From the NCBI GenBank assembly GCA_030141605.1, contig JAQGDQ010000581.1:1-64000 (forward strand): a DNA stretch of 64,000 nt, given 5' to 3'. Origin of the DNA: Tubiluchus corallicola (lineage: Eukaryota; Animalia; Priapulida). The notes below the pieces were generated by a model. It searched no databases and was not told where the DNA came from. It saw nothing but the letters and a program-made list of their open reading frames with translations. Within the stretch, counting starts at the first letter, position 1. Each line of letters starts with the position of its first letter. A program made the translations under genes and the position numbers. Positions 26,990-39,718 of this stretch are shown piece after piece.

Positions 26990-27444
26990 CCGTATTTTCC
27001 CGTGTATAAGAGACCCTTGTGTATAAGAGACCCCTTCAATTTTTAGGCAAAAATTCTGGAAAAAAGTTTTTTCAGACGGACATTTTTAGAGGGTAAAGTA
27101 CAACTTTTTTCAACTCAGTGCGGTACTGAAAACAAAATAAAACCAGTTAATGTGTTGTAGAAAAAGAGTACTGGTATATATTAAAGTGCGTACCTGCAAA
27201 CCTGTAACAGGAAAAGAGAAAACGAGGAGATAATGCCTGTGTCACGATGCTTGTATTGCTTACAACCGCTTCATAGTCGAACGCCACACGCAAAACAGTT
27301 GTAGAGCACTTATTTCTTTAAAATCATTAGTGTCACAATTTATGCATCTTATTGAAAAGACTTACTCCCATGTATAAGAGACCCCCTATTTTTAAAGTGA
27401 AAATTCTGAGCAAAAAAGGGTCTCTTATACACGGGAAAATACGG
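26990..27444. mobile_element. Tc1/mariner-pogo-type MITE
   Basis: Perfect TIR CCGTATTTTCCCGTGTATAAGAGACCC, TA flanks on both sides. Confidence 0.9.
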
Positions 27445-28225
27445 TACTTTATGTAACTAGAAAAGAAAATTCTTAGCAATTTAAAGTGTTCGTGCCACCT
27501 GGTAAATTCTAAGACAATTTTTTTTAGCTTTGTATAAGAAAAGGGTTGCCTTGTCCTTTAAAGACAAATAAAGAATTTGCTATAGCGTCATAATACGTTA
27601 ATTATTTGATACGGACTTGTAGGTGATACAGAATTCTAAGACAAATTTTTTTAGCCTTGTATAAGAAAAGGGTTGTCTTGTCCTTTAAAGACAAATAAAG
27701 AATTTGATATAGCGTCATAATACCTTGATTATTTGATACGGATTCGTTATTAAGTGGTACTGATTTTGCCAGAAAATAACAGTGGCTTCAAAAACTACAT
27801 CAAGGACAAGAGTAACGAAGCAAAGAAAAAACATTTACTATTGAGCAAACACAATAAAGCAACAATTCAATTCAATTTATTTATTAACTCGGCAAAACTT
27901 ATCAAAATACAGTATTAGGAATACATGGAATATTATGTAACAAAGGAGAAGGGCAGCGAAGACCCCCGTAGGCTATCTAGTCAGCAACCCCTAAATAGCA
28001 ACGATTAAGTAAAATTAATTTTGGCACCGTTTTCAATTTAAATTTAAATTCTGTTTACGTGTGTAATTGGCAATTAAATGATGGGAAACTCAATACTGTA
28101 GAACATTGTAATTTAAATAACCAAAAATTTACAATTCTAAAATGCTATGAATATGCGAAGCAAACGAAATAAAAATAACTTAAGATTTTTAACATGGCAG
28201 CAACAGATAGTGACGTTAGTACATA

Positions 28226-28721
28226 CAGTCAACCTCGGATATAAGGGACACCTCCGGGACGGGAAAAACTGTGCCTTATATCCGAAGCCATTTATACCCA
28301 AAGTTGAGTCAGACCGAGGGTGTATCTAGACCTGTACTTTTCTGTGCTTCTACACGTATTTTTATGGATTATTGCTACACATTCAGTGCAAACGGTATAC
28401 AGGAAGTTCCTTCAGTGATGTGAGATGTATGTGACCGCAGAAACCGAGCTGTTCGAAGACTGAGTTTGTGAAAATTGAGGTTAAAATTCGATCAATTTCG
28501 CTTTGATCATAGGGTCCCTTATGTGAGGTAATTTACCAGGGTTTCTATTACGTGGGACTTGAAGATATCATCTCTTATAACCGAAAGTCCCTTATATCCG
28601 AGTATCTTATATAAGAAGATTTTTATAAGGAAAAACGTTACGAAAAATCGGGACCGGTGTTGATGGTCCCTTATAAGCGAATGTCCCTTATAAGCAAGTA
28701 CCTTACACCCGAGGTTGACTG
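28226..28721. mobile_element. pogo/Tigger-like MITE
   Basis: TIR CAGTCAACCTCGG; second copy at ~49367-49833. Confidence 0.85.
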
Positions 28722-28881
28722 CACAGCAAAGAAGTTCTAGATAAGTGAGAAGAATCACCGCTGACAATCCTTCCCTAATTACTTTGTTCAGCTGCCTTCA
28801 GTAGGAGTATATAGATACTGAACAGTAGTGATGAACTCCATTACTCCACATAATTTACCATCTTATGCTACACTTTTACAG

Positions 28882-29041
28882 GGAAACCCAAGCCGAAGCA
28901 AGTAGGATACTTCCCGTAAGGTCGACGCCATCGATGCGGCCGGTGGTCAACGTCCACGCGGGTAACAAGAAACACGAACACAGGTCATTTGTCAATAAGC
29001 CCAAAACTGACCCCCTCACACTACGAAATGGAAAACTAAAG
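28882..29041 (+). CDS. KIF19: KIF19-like tail exon (ETQAEASRILPVRSTPSMRP...NGKLK)
   Basis: ttttacag/gtacat sites; phase 2-0. Confidence 0.68.
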
Positions 29042-32000
29042 GTACATAATTCCAGATTTAACTCTTTCATTCTCTTGTTTAACTTTGAACTATTCGACAT
29101 CAAACAGCAGGTGCTAGAAAAACTCTAATAATGATAATTATTAATAATAATTATACTCGTAAAGGAAATTTCCTTCCAGCAATCTAACACGCAATAAGTC
29201 CAGCAAACTCTAGAATTTGCTGTGTCAGCACCAGTTCCAATTAATTTCCACTGTTTCCTGCATAATTTGCTAAAACGGCGACAGAAATGCCATCTGGCTA
29301 GAAAAATAAAACTGAACCACAGTTAAAAGGCCACTTTAAAATGGAGACCACTTTGCATTTTAAACCAAGAATTTGAACTTTAACAAGAGGTAACCATCTT
29401 ATGAAATGAGAATGGTTTTCCATTGCAAGATGTGAACGGGTTTTGCATTCAAACCAAATGTAGTGAACACTTAATGCAAGATGCTTTATAGGGATGCTGA
29501 ATGATACAAATTTGGTGATACGATAGTGGAAAAACAGGATACTTTTTACAACAATGTAACTACAACTTGCATATTAGGTTTACTTTACTGTTGTCATAAA
29601 TAACTTAGAAAAATATAGCAAACAAATTTACAAAAAACCGTCTATAAAACAAAGTTAATTGATGCTGCCACTGTGTAGAAATTTCGAGACGCGGTGATAG
29701 CCTTCATTCACTTGAAAATTATGACAACTGATAAACTTCGCAACTTTTCACAAGCTTATTGCAGCTTTCCGTAAGCGCGCTTTGTTTAAACTAATTCAAA
29801 CTTCTGCAACTTGGTTAGTGTGCATGCAAAAATGTCACAAAATTTTCCATCTAATTTTTTGTAAGAACTTGTTACACTTTTGACGGAAATCGACACTGCG
29901 CTACTTTTCTCCAGTCTACGAATGACGTCATTGGTGGAAGATTGGACATTCAAAATGGAAGCGCCCAAGCGTGAAACGATTTTACTAATTACGGGAGGCG
30001 CTTATCACACTAAATCTTTCTAACATTGTTTGTAAACATTGAAATAAGCCTGACTTCACAGAAGGCTTGACTTTTCCTTTAAACTGAAAACAAGTGTTGG
30101 TTAAAGTTGTGCCCACGCAGATGAAATTAACATTTGTTTCAAGCAAACAAATTGATGTAATTGTACTGTGTCCTTGTGAAAATAGCTGTGTGATATTTGT
30201 TTACATGTTTACAAGTTTACATGGGGTAAATATGAGAAAAATAATTGTTCTTATTTCACTTATTATAATCATAGCTTAACCTCGTATGTCAGTTTAGAAT
30301 TACTAGCAGGCAAACAGACAAACTCGTATTAACAATTTCTCATTAATGTCATTTTTCATTAATTTCAGTTGATTAATGGATACTTTTATGTTATTTATAA
30401 GGTAATTTGATGTTATTAGAATGACTCATTTCATCACCCAGAGTGCATGAAAGGAGTCTGAGAGCAGGTTCAAAATATCTAATGGTGCGTTCACACTAGC
30501 GAGTTTTCTCACCAAGTTGATTTGCCAAGTAACCAAGTGCTTAAAGTGTGCCGAGTCTGTCAGAGTCGCAGACCCAGAACATAAAGTTACAGACCCTACA
30601 CCTAAAGACAAAAGAACGTAAACTTACAGACCCTGCAACTAAAGACAAAGCAATGTCTCGCCAGATCTGTCAGGGTTGCAAACCCGGAACCTAAAGTTAC
30701 AGACCCTGCACCTAAAGACAAAGCAATGTCTAGCCGAATTGCATATTTAGTTTTCTCATCATTTAATTATCCATAACCCTATCCGTAACACGTGTTAGAA
30801 GCACAATGTCCATCCTTCACTCAACAAAATTGAACTGTAGATGATAACAATGGCTATCTCATTGTTGTTGCAACTTTTCAGGAAAAAAGAAAACCGTTTC
30901 TTGAGAAGTTGTGCTCAAGAATACTAGAGTTAACTCATTTTGTCACCTAGTAACTTATTTTACTTTAGACTTGAAAAGTCACGTGCAACAGAATTTAGCT
31001 GTAATCAGTTGGCGTGAGTCACGTGATTGTCTTTGGCAGAAGTAAATCAACATGTTAATTGGAGTTAGTGCACCTTGCTGTATTTTGTTTGCTCAGTGAT
31101 TCCTCGCAGTTAAAAGGTTTGAATGGGCCAAAACTTATACCGGGTAAAGTATAAAAGCTATTCGATGAAAACTACTTCATTCACTGATTAAAAAGTAATT
31201 GCTGTTTTAGAATTGTATCCTTAATGGCGAAAAATGGTTGAAAAAGGCCTCAAAAGCCTAAAATCAATGAAAATGTAAACCTCGGTACCCACTGGAGCAC
31301 CTTACAGCGCTCTCCTAGACATCCTAGCTGTTTCTTGTTCTGTTCTGAGACCTGTTACGTAAATAAATACACTTTAAGCATTGCAAGGCGTTCACACTAC
31401 ATAGGAAATCAACTCGCAGCAACTGTCAGAGAGTTTGCAATAACTTGCCGACAGTAACTCACAAATCAGTTCACATTTGAGCGTTTGATGTCAGTGAGAA
31501 AACTCAGGACAGAAAACTCGCTAGCCCGAAAGCCCCATAATTTTTCATTACATTGGACACTTTTTGAAATTAATGAGTTTGATTAGAACAATTTAAAGAA
31601 CGACGAAGAATCTCTCATTGCTCAAAAGCTGCCTAAAAATTTGAATTTTGAACCTGCTTCTCTTCTTAGTGCAATTTCTGTTCCGTAAATCGTGACTTCG
31701 TCCTCTCCTTGGGTGTCGGCTCTCTCTTGTCTGTCTCTACATCGTCTCTTGTCTTTTGACGTTTTCTAGCAAAGGGTACAGGATAGATCCGATCGCATGT
31801 CGGAGGTAGATATAAACTGTAGTGTGCTGTGCACCACAGAATGCATGCATTTCTATTTTTAATATGCAAATACCAGCTAACATCCACTTAAGTAAAGACA
31901 TGGCGTTTATTCAGACACAAACATCTGCAACGTTTCGACCAGTTATGGTCATTTTCATGCAACTGTCCACCTAAATAAAAATAAAGTGTAAATTGAATCT

Positions 32001-32299
32001 GCTTTTCTTGAGTAATCGTTAAACCCCATGTTTCACTGTTGTACATAAATAAGTTGGTAACGTCAGCATTAAATAATCGAAGTCTTATGTTAAGACTATA
32101 TTTCTTGCTAGTTAACACATTCATTCATTCATACATACATACATACATGTAAGTGTAAAAAATACAAAAACCAACATTGTGAGAAGCAAACAAGACAAAT
32201 ACTAAATTGTAAACGTCCATATCGTGTGATACAAAGACAAACGATACAAAAAAAGTTATGCTACTCTGTCTTTCTTCTTCTTAAAAGTTTCATTCCACC

Positions 32300-32800
32300 T
32301 GTTATTGGCATTGAGGTGTTACCATTTATTAGAGCATTCCTTCCACTTCTATCTGCAGCTAACAGCATAAATTCTTCTACTCTTAAAGACAGATTTGGTT
32401 GAAGTTGTTGAACATCTTTATTTATCTCAGCTATCAAAGTTGGTTCTGGTTTGCCAGGTGGTTTTTTTGCAAGGTTTTAAGGCTTCCTTTAAGGCGATTC
32501 TTACTGGTGCTTCATTTGGTAATCGTAGAAGATGTCCTAGCCATCTTAATCTTCGGATCTTGACTTTTGAAGAAGTTTCCTTCATTCTAGTGTATAAATC
32601 TTCATTTTTGACTATGTATGGCCATCTTATCTTTAAAACTTTCCTTGAAAGACTTCTATGAAATGTGTCAATCTGCTTTTCTTGAGTAATCGTTAAACCC
32701 CAAGTTTCACTGTCATACATAAATATGTTGGTAACATCAGCATTAAATAATCGAAGTCTTATGTTGATACTTAATTTCTTGCTAGTTAACACATTCATTC
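32300..32800 (-). mobile_element. RTE-clade LINE ORF2 3' fragment; partial duplicate at ~31995-32150
   Basis: Translation Y.SETW...IRW...NEDLY...RRLRWLGHLLR; microsatellite flank. Confidence 0.85.
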
Positions 32801-33383
32801 ATTCATTCATTCATTCATACATACATACATACATACATACATACATACATACATACACATACATTGCTTGTTAATTACTCTATCACAATTCATTCTCTCA
32901 ATAAAGTCTGTGGGTGGCAATAAGAGAAACCTTTCCAACAGTAATGAAAACTGTGTCATAATATACGTTGATATTTGTGTCGTGTCTGAATACAATCTGT
33001 CTCTGCTTAAATGAATGTTGGCTGTTATTTTCATTTTAAGAATTCATTTCCTCCGTCACTAATCCATTTCCATTTTGTTTAAACGTGATAACATTCACCT
33101 GTGACGGAATGTTTTGATTTGCACTACTGAGAGTGTCATCGACTGTCAGAAAATAAAACGCACATCAAAGCAAAGTTCTTACATCAAATACGCACTTTGT
33201 AATGTGTGTTCTTTTGTCAATTGAGTTCTACACTACAGGTTGGGAAAACTTACATCTTGTCTGGTTTAGCAAAACAGCGTGTGTGTTTTCTGAAAGCCTG
33301 TCAGTCTGAGAGCTGAGTAGCGCATTAATGAAACATTCCATCATTTCCACGAATATGTGCTAATGTTTTTCACATTGAAGTTA

Positions 33384-34316
33384 CAGTGTCCCCTCGCTAC
33401 TTCTGAGTTCGTTTATCGCGGACTCGCTGTTTCGCGGGTTTTCAAAAATATTAATGTAAAATATTTATCGCGGTATTTTTGCTGTTTGTGGGTTTTTGCG
33501 GAACTCTGTCTAAAGAATTTTGCGGAACTCTGTCGCACATGCGTAGTACGTATTGTTTATTTGATGAATTTTGCATAAAAAAGGGTTAAGGGTCGTGTAT
33601 AAGACTGAGGGGAGGGTTTATAAAGACTTAAAATAATGTACAACTACCAAAATAGGGATTTCTGATTTACGTTACCACTTAATTATAAACTCATCTGAAT
33701 TCATTATACTAATATCTCCCTAGTTATTCATCTTTATTTTTTCTTTTTGTTTTTAATATGTTGATTATTATAATTTTCCTCGTCTGTACTTGTCAGGTTA
33801 TATAGTTTCCTTTAAATTTGAATAGAGGTACTTGACCTTGTGATGATTTACTCATGACTTGACATTGCTTCATCTTTTTTGGTTAGTTCTTGATTTATAT
33901 GTAATTATTAGTTTTGTTTTTGATGAGTTTAAATTTTCCATTTTGTTTGCTAATTTAAATTTTGCCGCTTCTCATTGCCAAATTTATTTACTGTTTCTAA
34001 ATTTAAACTCATTTGAACTTGTTGCCTCATTTTTTTGTTTTGTTAAGTTGCTGATTATTTTCATTTGTACATACCTTACTTGACAGATCACTCAATTTTC
34101 TTCAGTTTGGATAGGGATGGTTGACTTGGTGACCCTTGGTCTTTTCGCCACCCTGTCTCGTTTCCGTCTTTATTTTAGTGTTTAACTTTTGTTTTTGTTT
34201 ATTTTGTAACATTCAGAGACAAATAAATTTTTTTACTTACTCACTTACTTCGTGGAAATTCAATTATCGAGGGTGGGCCTGGAACGGAACACCCGGCGAT
34301 AAGTGAGGGACCACTG
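33384..34316. mobile_element. pogo/Tigger-like MITE with a nested LINE/SINE 3' tail (~33650-34245)
   Basis: Imperfect TIR CAGTG..CCCTC / GAGGGACCACTG with TA flanks; tail motif GACCCTTGGTCTTTTCGC..CCC also at ~8265-8365 and inverted ~27865-27995. Confidence 0.65.
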
Positions 34317-34766
34317 TATACCAGTTTTAACAAAGTTGAGCTATTGAACGAGTCAACTCACCTCACAAACGAGAATTTCAAAATAAACTTTAAAATGAAT
34401 TTATTTATAAATGCCAACAACGAGCTATAAAGCAAAATATTTACAACTCTTTATCTCTTGAAAGATAGTTAAAATTTACTTAAGTTCTACGTTACGGAGT
34501 TCCAGTTTAAAACCACGTAAACGACGGTTGCTGTAGCGACCAGGGCTTCACAACGGATTTTGATAATTGAAAGTTTGCAAAACAGGTCTGAAAGATTTCT
34601 CAATTCCTATGGAAACAAAGCCATTGCTACGAATTCTGGGATCCACGAGCATTTGATAGAATTTCGATTGAAAATGTCGCACCTTTTCCAGCTTCTCGTT
34701 ATTCTGTAAATAAACGGTTCATCGTTAACAGTAAATTGTCAGCAGCAATTCTAATGCATTTTACAC

Positions 34767-34895
34767 CAGGTGTGTAGCTCGGTGGTAGCGTGCTCGGTTC
34801 TCACCCGGGCGGTCGCGGGTTCAACTCCTGACCGAGTCATACCAAATACTAAAAAAATTGGTACCGCTGGTTCTTCGACCAAGTATGCAGGTTAA
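34767..34895 (+). mobile_element. tRNA-derived SINE head (Glu-CTC-like), not a functional tRNA
   Basis: A box TAGCTCGGTGG, B box GGTTCAACTCC, followed by GAGTCATACCAAA...GGTACC SINE body; acceptor stem does not pair. Confidence 0.7.
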
Positions 34896-35945
34896 TCGAA
34901 GTAACATGCGGATAATAATAATCAGGACCACCTTGGAAACAAGTACAGGGATGAGAATGACAAATTGTAAAAAACTTGGAAACAGGGCGGGGTTTTTGAG
35001 GCCACCTAGGCACCTTGGAGCCAGTAACAAATTTTGTGACCATAGAGAACCTCTAAGTGGAATTAAAATATCAATTATCTTGTTTCATTCATAATTTAAA
35101 ATACCCAACTATCAAGGATGCATGATACCTAATTGTCTCAAAAATGCCTAAGTACTGGCCCCTCCTATGCAAAAGTATATAAAAACTATCTGCAATTGAC
35201 TAAAATAACTCCGCACAATTGATTCTATATTTTTATACATAGAGATATACATGTGGTTACACTGATGTACGTGATGTAAACAAAGTGACGGCCTGCCAAC
35301 TAGCGGTCAGCTTGTGAAATGACGTACTGGGTCCGTAAAAATTTTCTCAACGAATTTACGCGATTTACAAAAATGGCACTACTGGTCTTCCAAAAACTCC
35401 GCATTCTGCGTATCCGCGAAAAATTCTCATCCCTGCAAGTATCGAGTCACTTACAGCGTTATCACTAGGCTATTATTATCCTTATTACACTGTATTTCGC
35501 CCCAGCAGATCTCTTACTTGGCAGCAAAGAGGTTGTCCCTTTGTGGACAATGAAAATCTCAGCATAAAGTCGAAACAATAAGGAATCGAAGTCAACGAAC
35601 CTTCCATAAGCCATTATCCAATTCAGTAATGAATAATTAATGGCATTTATGATTTATACAGAATGCAATCAATACGCATTTTATTGTAATCGGTAATTAC
35701 GACGCATCAACTGCAGTTTAGTCATGCGTGCACTTTTGTGTTGGCAATTTCACAACCCGGGGATTGTGTCTGGTGCATTATTAAAGTTCATGACACGAGT
35801 CGTTACACTTTACGAAGATTTATTTCAATTCTTATCGAATGACTTGCATCATAACGCAACTAATTATTTATTAGATTGATCGTGACTGTTTGTGAGGCAC
35901 CAATCATTCACAGTAATAATGACACTGCAAAAACTTGATTTCAAA

Positions 35946-37030
35946 GTTTATTAATCTTACGTTATTATAAAGGGTGTTTACTTAATATGTTTTTGAGAAA
36001 ACATAAGTTTATTAATCTTACGTTATTGTACAAAATTGTTTACCTAATATGTTTTTGAGAAAACATAAGTTTATTAATCTTACGTTATTATACAAGGTTG
36101 TTTACTTAATATGTTTTTGAGAAAACATAAGTTTATTAATCTTACGTTATTGTACTAGGTTCTTTAGATAATATGTGTTTGAGAAAACATAAGTTTATTA
36201 ATCTTACGTTATTATACAAGGTTGTTTACTTAATATGTTTTTGAGAAAACATAAGTTTATTAATCTTATGTTATTGTACAAGATTGTTTACTTAATATGT
36301 TTTTGAGAGAACATAAGTTCATTAATCTTATGTTATTGTACAAGATTGTTTACTTAATATGTTTTTGAGAAAACATAAGTTTATTAATCTTACGTTATTG
36401 TACAAGGTTCTTTACTTAATATGTTTTTGAGAAAACATAAGTTTATTAATCTTATGTTATTGTACAAGGTTGTTTACTTAATATGTTTTTGAGAAAACAT
36501 AAGTTTATTAATCTTATGTTATTGTACAAGGTTGTTTACTTAATATGTTTTTGAGAAAACACAAGTTTATTAATCTTATGTTATTGTACAAGGTTGTTTA
36601 CTTAATATGTTTTTGAGAGAACATAAGTTTATTAATCTTATGTTATTGTACAAGGTTGTTTACTTAATATGTTTTTGAGAAAACATAAGTTTATTAATCT
36701 TATGTTATTGTACAAGATTGTTTACTTAATATGTTTTTGAGAGAACATAAGTTCATTAATCTTACGTTATTGTACAAGGTTGTTTACTTAATATGTTTTT
36801 GAGAGAACATAAGTTTATTAATCTTATGTTATTGTACAAGGTTGTTTACTTAATATGTTTTTGAGAGAACATAAGTTTATTAATCTTATGTTATTGTACA
36901 AGGTTGTTTACTTAATATGTTTTTGAGAGAACATAAGTTTATTAATCTTATGTTATTGTACAAGGTTGTTTACTTAATATGTTTTTGAGAGAACATAAGT
37001 TCATTAATCTTACGTTGTTGTACAAGGTTC
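35946..37030. repeat. Minisatellite, 62-bp unit x ~17
   Basis: Unit TTATTAATCTTACGTTATTGTACAAGGTTGTTTACTTAATATGTTTTTGAGAAAACATAAGT. Confidence 0.95.
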
Positions 37031-37117
37031 TTTTGTTAATATGTTTTACGAGGCTTTTTGCGCCATATCTATGTCACAGCTGTTCATACGTTTTAACAAA
37101 AAGCTCTGCAAATACAG

Positions 37118-37230
37118 GCGCCAAAGACAAATTCCGTACAGAGGAAACAGAAGAACAAGACGATGATGCAACAAGCACTTCACCAGGACAAACTAACCGA
37201 TCACATGAGATTCCGCAAGTCTCATACTAC
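37118..37230 (+). CDS. Tentative KIF19-like tail exon (reading frame ambiguous)
   Basis: aatacag acceptor, gtatgg donor; open in two frames (APKTNSVQRK... or AKDKFRTEETEEQDDD...). Confidence 0.45.
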
Positions 37231-37888
37231 GTATGGCTATGGTTAGTGCTGTTTAGCAGTTACAAGATTAGTGCTAGAAGGATCTCAGGGTATTTTGAAG
37301 CTTTAGTCATTTCACTGCTAACTATTTAGATCCTTTAGACACTTCCTGAGAGGGTTGCAGAAGTACTGTCATAAGGAGTTTAGTCTGAAAGAAGAACTTA
37401 TTGAGTTTACTTAATGTTGATGCTTGCGGAAAGATCAGAACCCAACTCTTTATTAATCCTAATCCTCTAAGATCAGATGCTGAACCAATAGAGGTATAAG
37501 AACAACGGGAATACAATTTCACTCAGCAATGTAAACACCCAGAATCAGTATGTCGAATGAAACATTCTAAAGTGAGTATCGAACCCAGACGATAGCGAAC
37601 CGTTAGTCGATGAATCAGTCGATAAAAGCAAATGTCCTGAGAATGATGTGTTATGTAGGTTGATCTACATTTTTATTTCACCCAACATGTCCTGAAGATT
37701 TCTCCCAGTGCCCGAATTCAAAGTAAGCACAGAATTCACGGTAACAATCAGTTGTTTTCGCATTACGAAAGTAGTTCCCAATCATAACATCCGATTTTTT
37801 GCCAAAATGCTGCAGTCAACAGTTAGAAACATGTTTCTCTGACAAATTTAGAATATAATGAAATATAAACTGCATATTTATATTTTAG

Positions 37889-37981
37889 ATGATCATGCTG
37901 AAAAAACGAATTTGCCTAATCCAACTATTGCTTACCAGTCAGAGAAAGGCAAAACTATAACATTGAAGAGGCATCACAAAG
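37889..37981 (+). CDS. Tentative penultimate KIF19-like exon (DHAEKTNLPNPTIAYQSEKGKTITLKRHHK)
   Basis: tattttag acceptor, AAG|gtgagt donor; phase 1-1 matches terminal exon. Confidence 0.55.
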
Positions 37982-39383
37982 GTGAGTAAAACAGAACTAA
38001 CCTCACAATGGTGAGTTTTTATAGCAAGAGAAAGGCAAAACAGTAACACTGAAAAGCGGAACTGACCTCACAATGGTGAATTTTTACAGCAAGAGAAAGG
38101 CAAAACAGTAACACTGAAGAGGCATCACAAAGGTGAGTAAAAGCGGTACTGACCTCACAAGGGTGAGTTTTTATAGCAAGAGAAAGGCAAAACTATAACA
38201 CTGAAGAGTCATCACAAAGGCGAGTAAAAGAGGAACTGACCTCACAATGGTGAGTTTTTATAGCAAGAGAAAGGCAAAACAGTAACACTGAAGAGGCATC
38301 ACAAAGGTGAGTAAAAGCGGAACTGACCTCACAATGGTGAGTTTTTATAGCAAGAGGCATCACGGAGGTGAGTAAAAGCGGAACTGACCTCACAATGGTG
38401 AGTTTTTATAGCAAGAGGCATCACGGAGGTGAGTAAAAGCGGAACTGACCTCACAATGGTGAGTTTTTATAGCAAGAGGCATCACGGAGGTGAGTAAAAG
38501 CGGAACTGACCTCACATTGGTGAGTTTTTATAGCAAGAGAAAGGCAAAACTATAAAACTGAAGAGTCATCACAAAGGTGAGTAAAAGCGGAACTGACCTC
38601 ACAATGGTGAGTTTTTATAGCAAGAGAAAGGCAAAACAGTAACACTGAAGAGGCATCACAAAGGTGAGTAAAAGCGGAACTGACCTCACAATGGTGAGTT
38701 TTTATAGCAAGAGGCATCACGGAGGTGAGTAAAAGCGGAACTGACCTCACAATGGTGAGTTTTTATAGCAAGAGGCATCACGGAGGTGAGTAAAAGCGGA
38801 ACTGACCTCACAATGGTGAGTTTTTATAGCAAGAGAAAGGCAAAACAGTAACACTGAAGGGGCATCACAAAGGTGAGTAAAAGCGGAACTGACCTCACAA
38901 TGGTGAGTTTTTATGGGGGGGGTGGTGGGTGTTGGTGTTTTTTGGGGTGGGGTGGTGTGTCACAATGGTGAGTTTTTATGAAGAGGCATACAGTGAGTAA
39001 AAGCGGAACTGACCTCACAATGGTGAGTTTTATAGCAGAGAAAGGCAAAACAGTAACACTGAAAAGGCATCACAAAGGGTAAGCGGAACTGCCTAATGTG
39101 AGTTTTTATAGCAAGAGAAAGGCAAAACAGTAACACTGAAGAGGCATCACAAAGGTGAGTAAAAGCGGAACTGACCTCACAATGGTGAGTTTTTATAGCA
39201 AGAGGCATCACGGAGGTGAGTAAAAGCGGAACTGACCTCACAATGGTGAGTTATTATAGCAAAAGGCACCACGGAGGTGAGTAAAAGCGGAACTGACCTC
39301 ACAATGGTGAGTTTTTATAGCAAGAGAAAGGCAAAACAGTAACACTGAAGAGGCATCACAAAGGTGAGTAAAAGAGGAACTGA
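37941..39383. repeat. Composite minisatellite (87-bp long unit plus ~62-bp short variants) containing exon end and splice donor
   Basis: Unit GAGAAAGGCAAAACAGTAACACTGAAGAGGCATCACAAAG|GTGAGTAAAAGCGGAACTGACCTCACAATGGTGAGTTTTTATAGCAA. Confidence 0.93.
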
Positions 39384-39548
39384 GCAAACAAAGGTCTGTC
39401 GAATTTCATAATGGTCAGTTTATGCAAATTAAAGACGTTCAAACCTCATATAGAGGCTTCCTGTATCATGACACATTACTGACTCTAACAAACATGTTTG
39501 TTTTGTCCTGTTTGTTTGTTTTTCATCTCTGCATTTGTGTTTTTTTAG

Positions 39549-39718
39549 TAAACACGCATATACCAATGCAGCTGCACAACTCGCCATACGTCAACAGTCA
39601 ACGTCGCTTCAGCAAACCTGTCCTACCGCCGGCACTGGAACCCATCGGCGGGGGCATTCACATAACCGGGACGGCAATGCAAAAGCAACAGAGAACGGCA
39701 AACTTCAATCCTCACTGA
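39549..39718 (+). CDS. Probable terminal KIF19-like exon (NTHIPMQLHNSPYVNSQRRFSKPVLPPALEPIGGGIHITG...NPH*)
   Basis: Long pyrimidine tract + tag acceptor; GC-richer coding-like block; AATAAA at 39725. Confidence 0.55.

Noticed and set aside
34767-34840. tRNA-Glu gene
   Set aside because: No paired acceptor stem; continues into a SINE-type body.
38914-38960. G/T-only patch interrupting the 87-bp array (possible G-quadruplex or telomere-like insert)
   Set aside because: Aperiodic and followed by units with scattered indels; most likely a local sequencing/assembly error.
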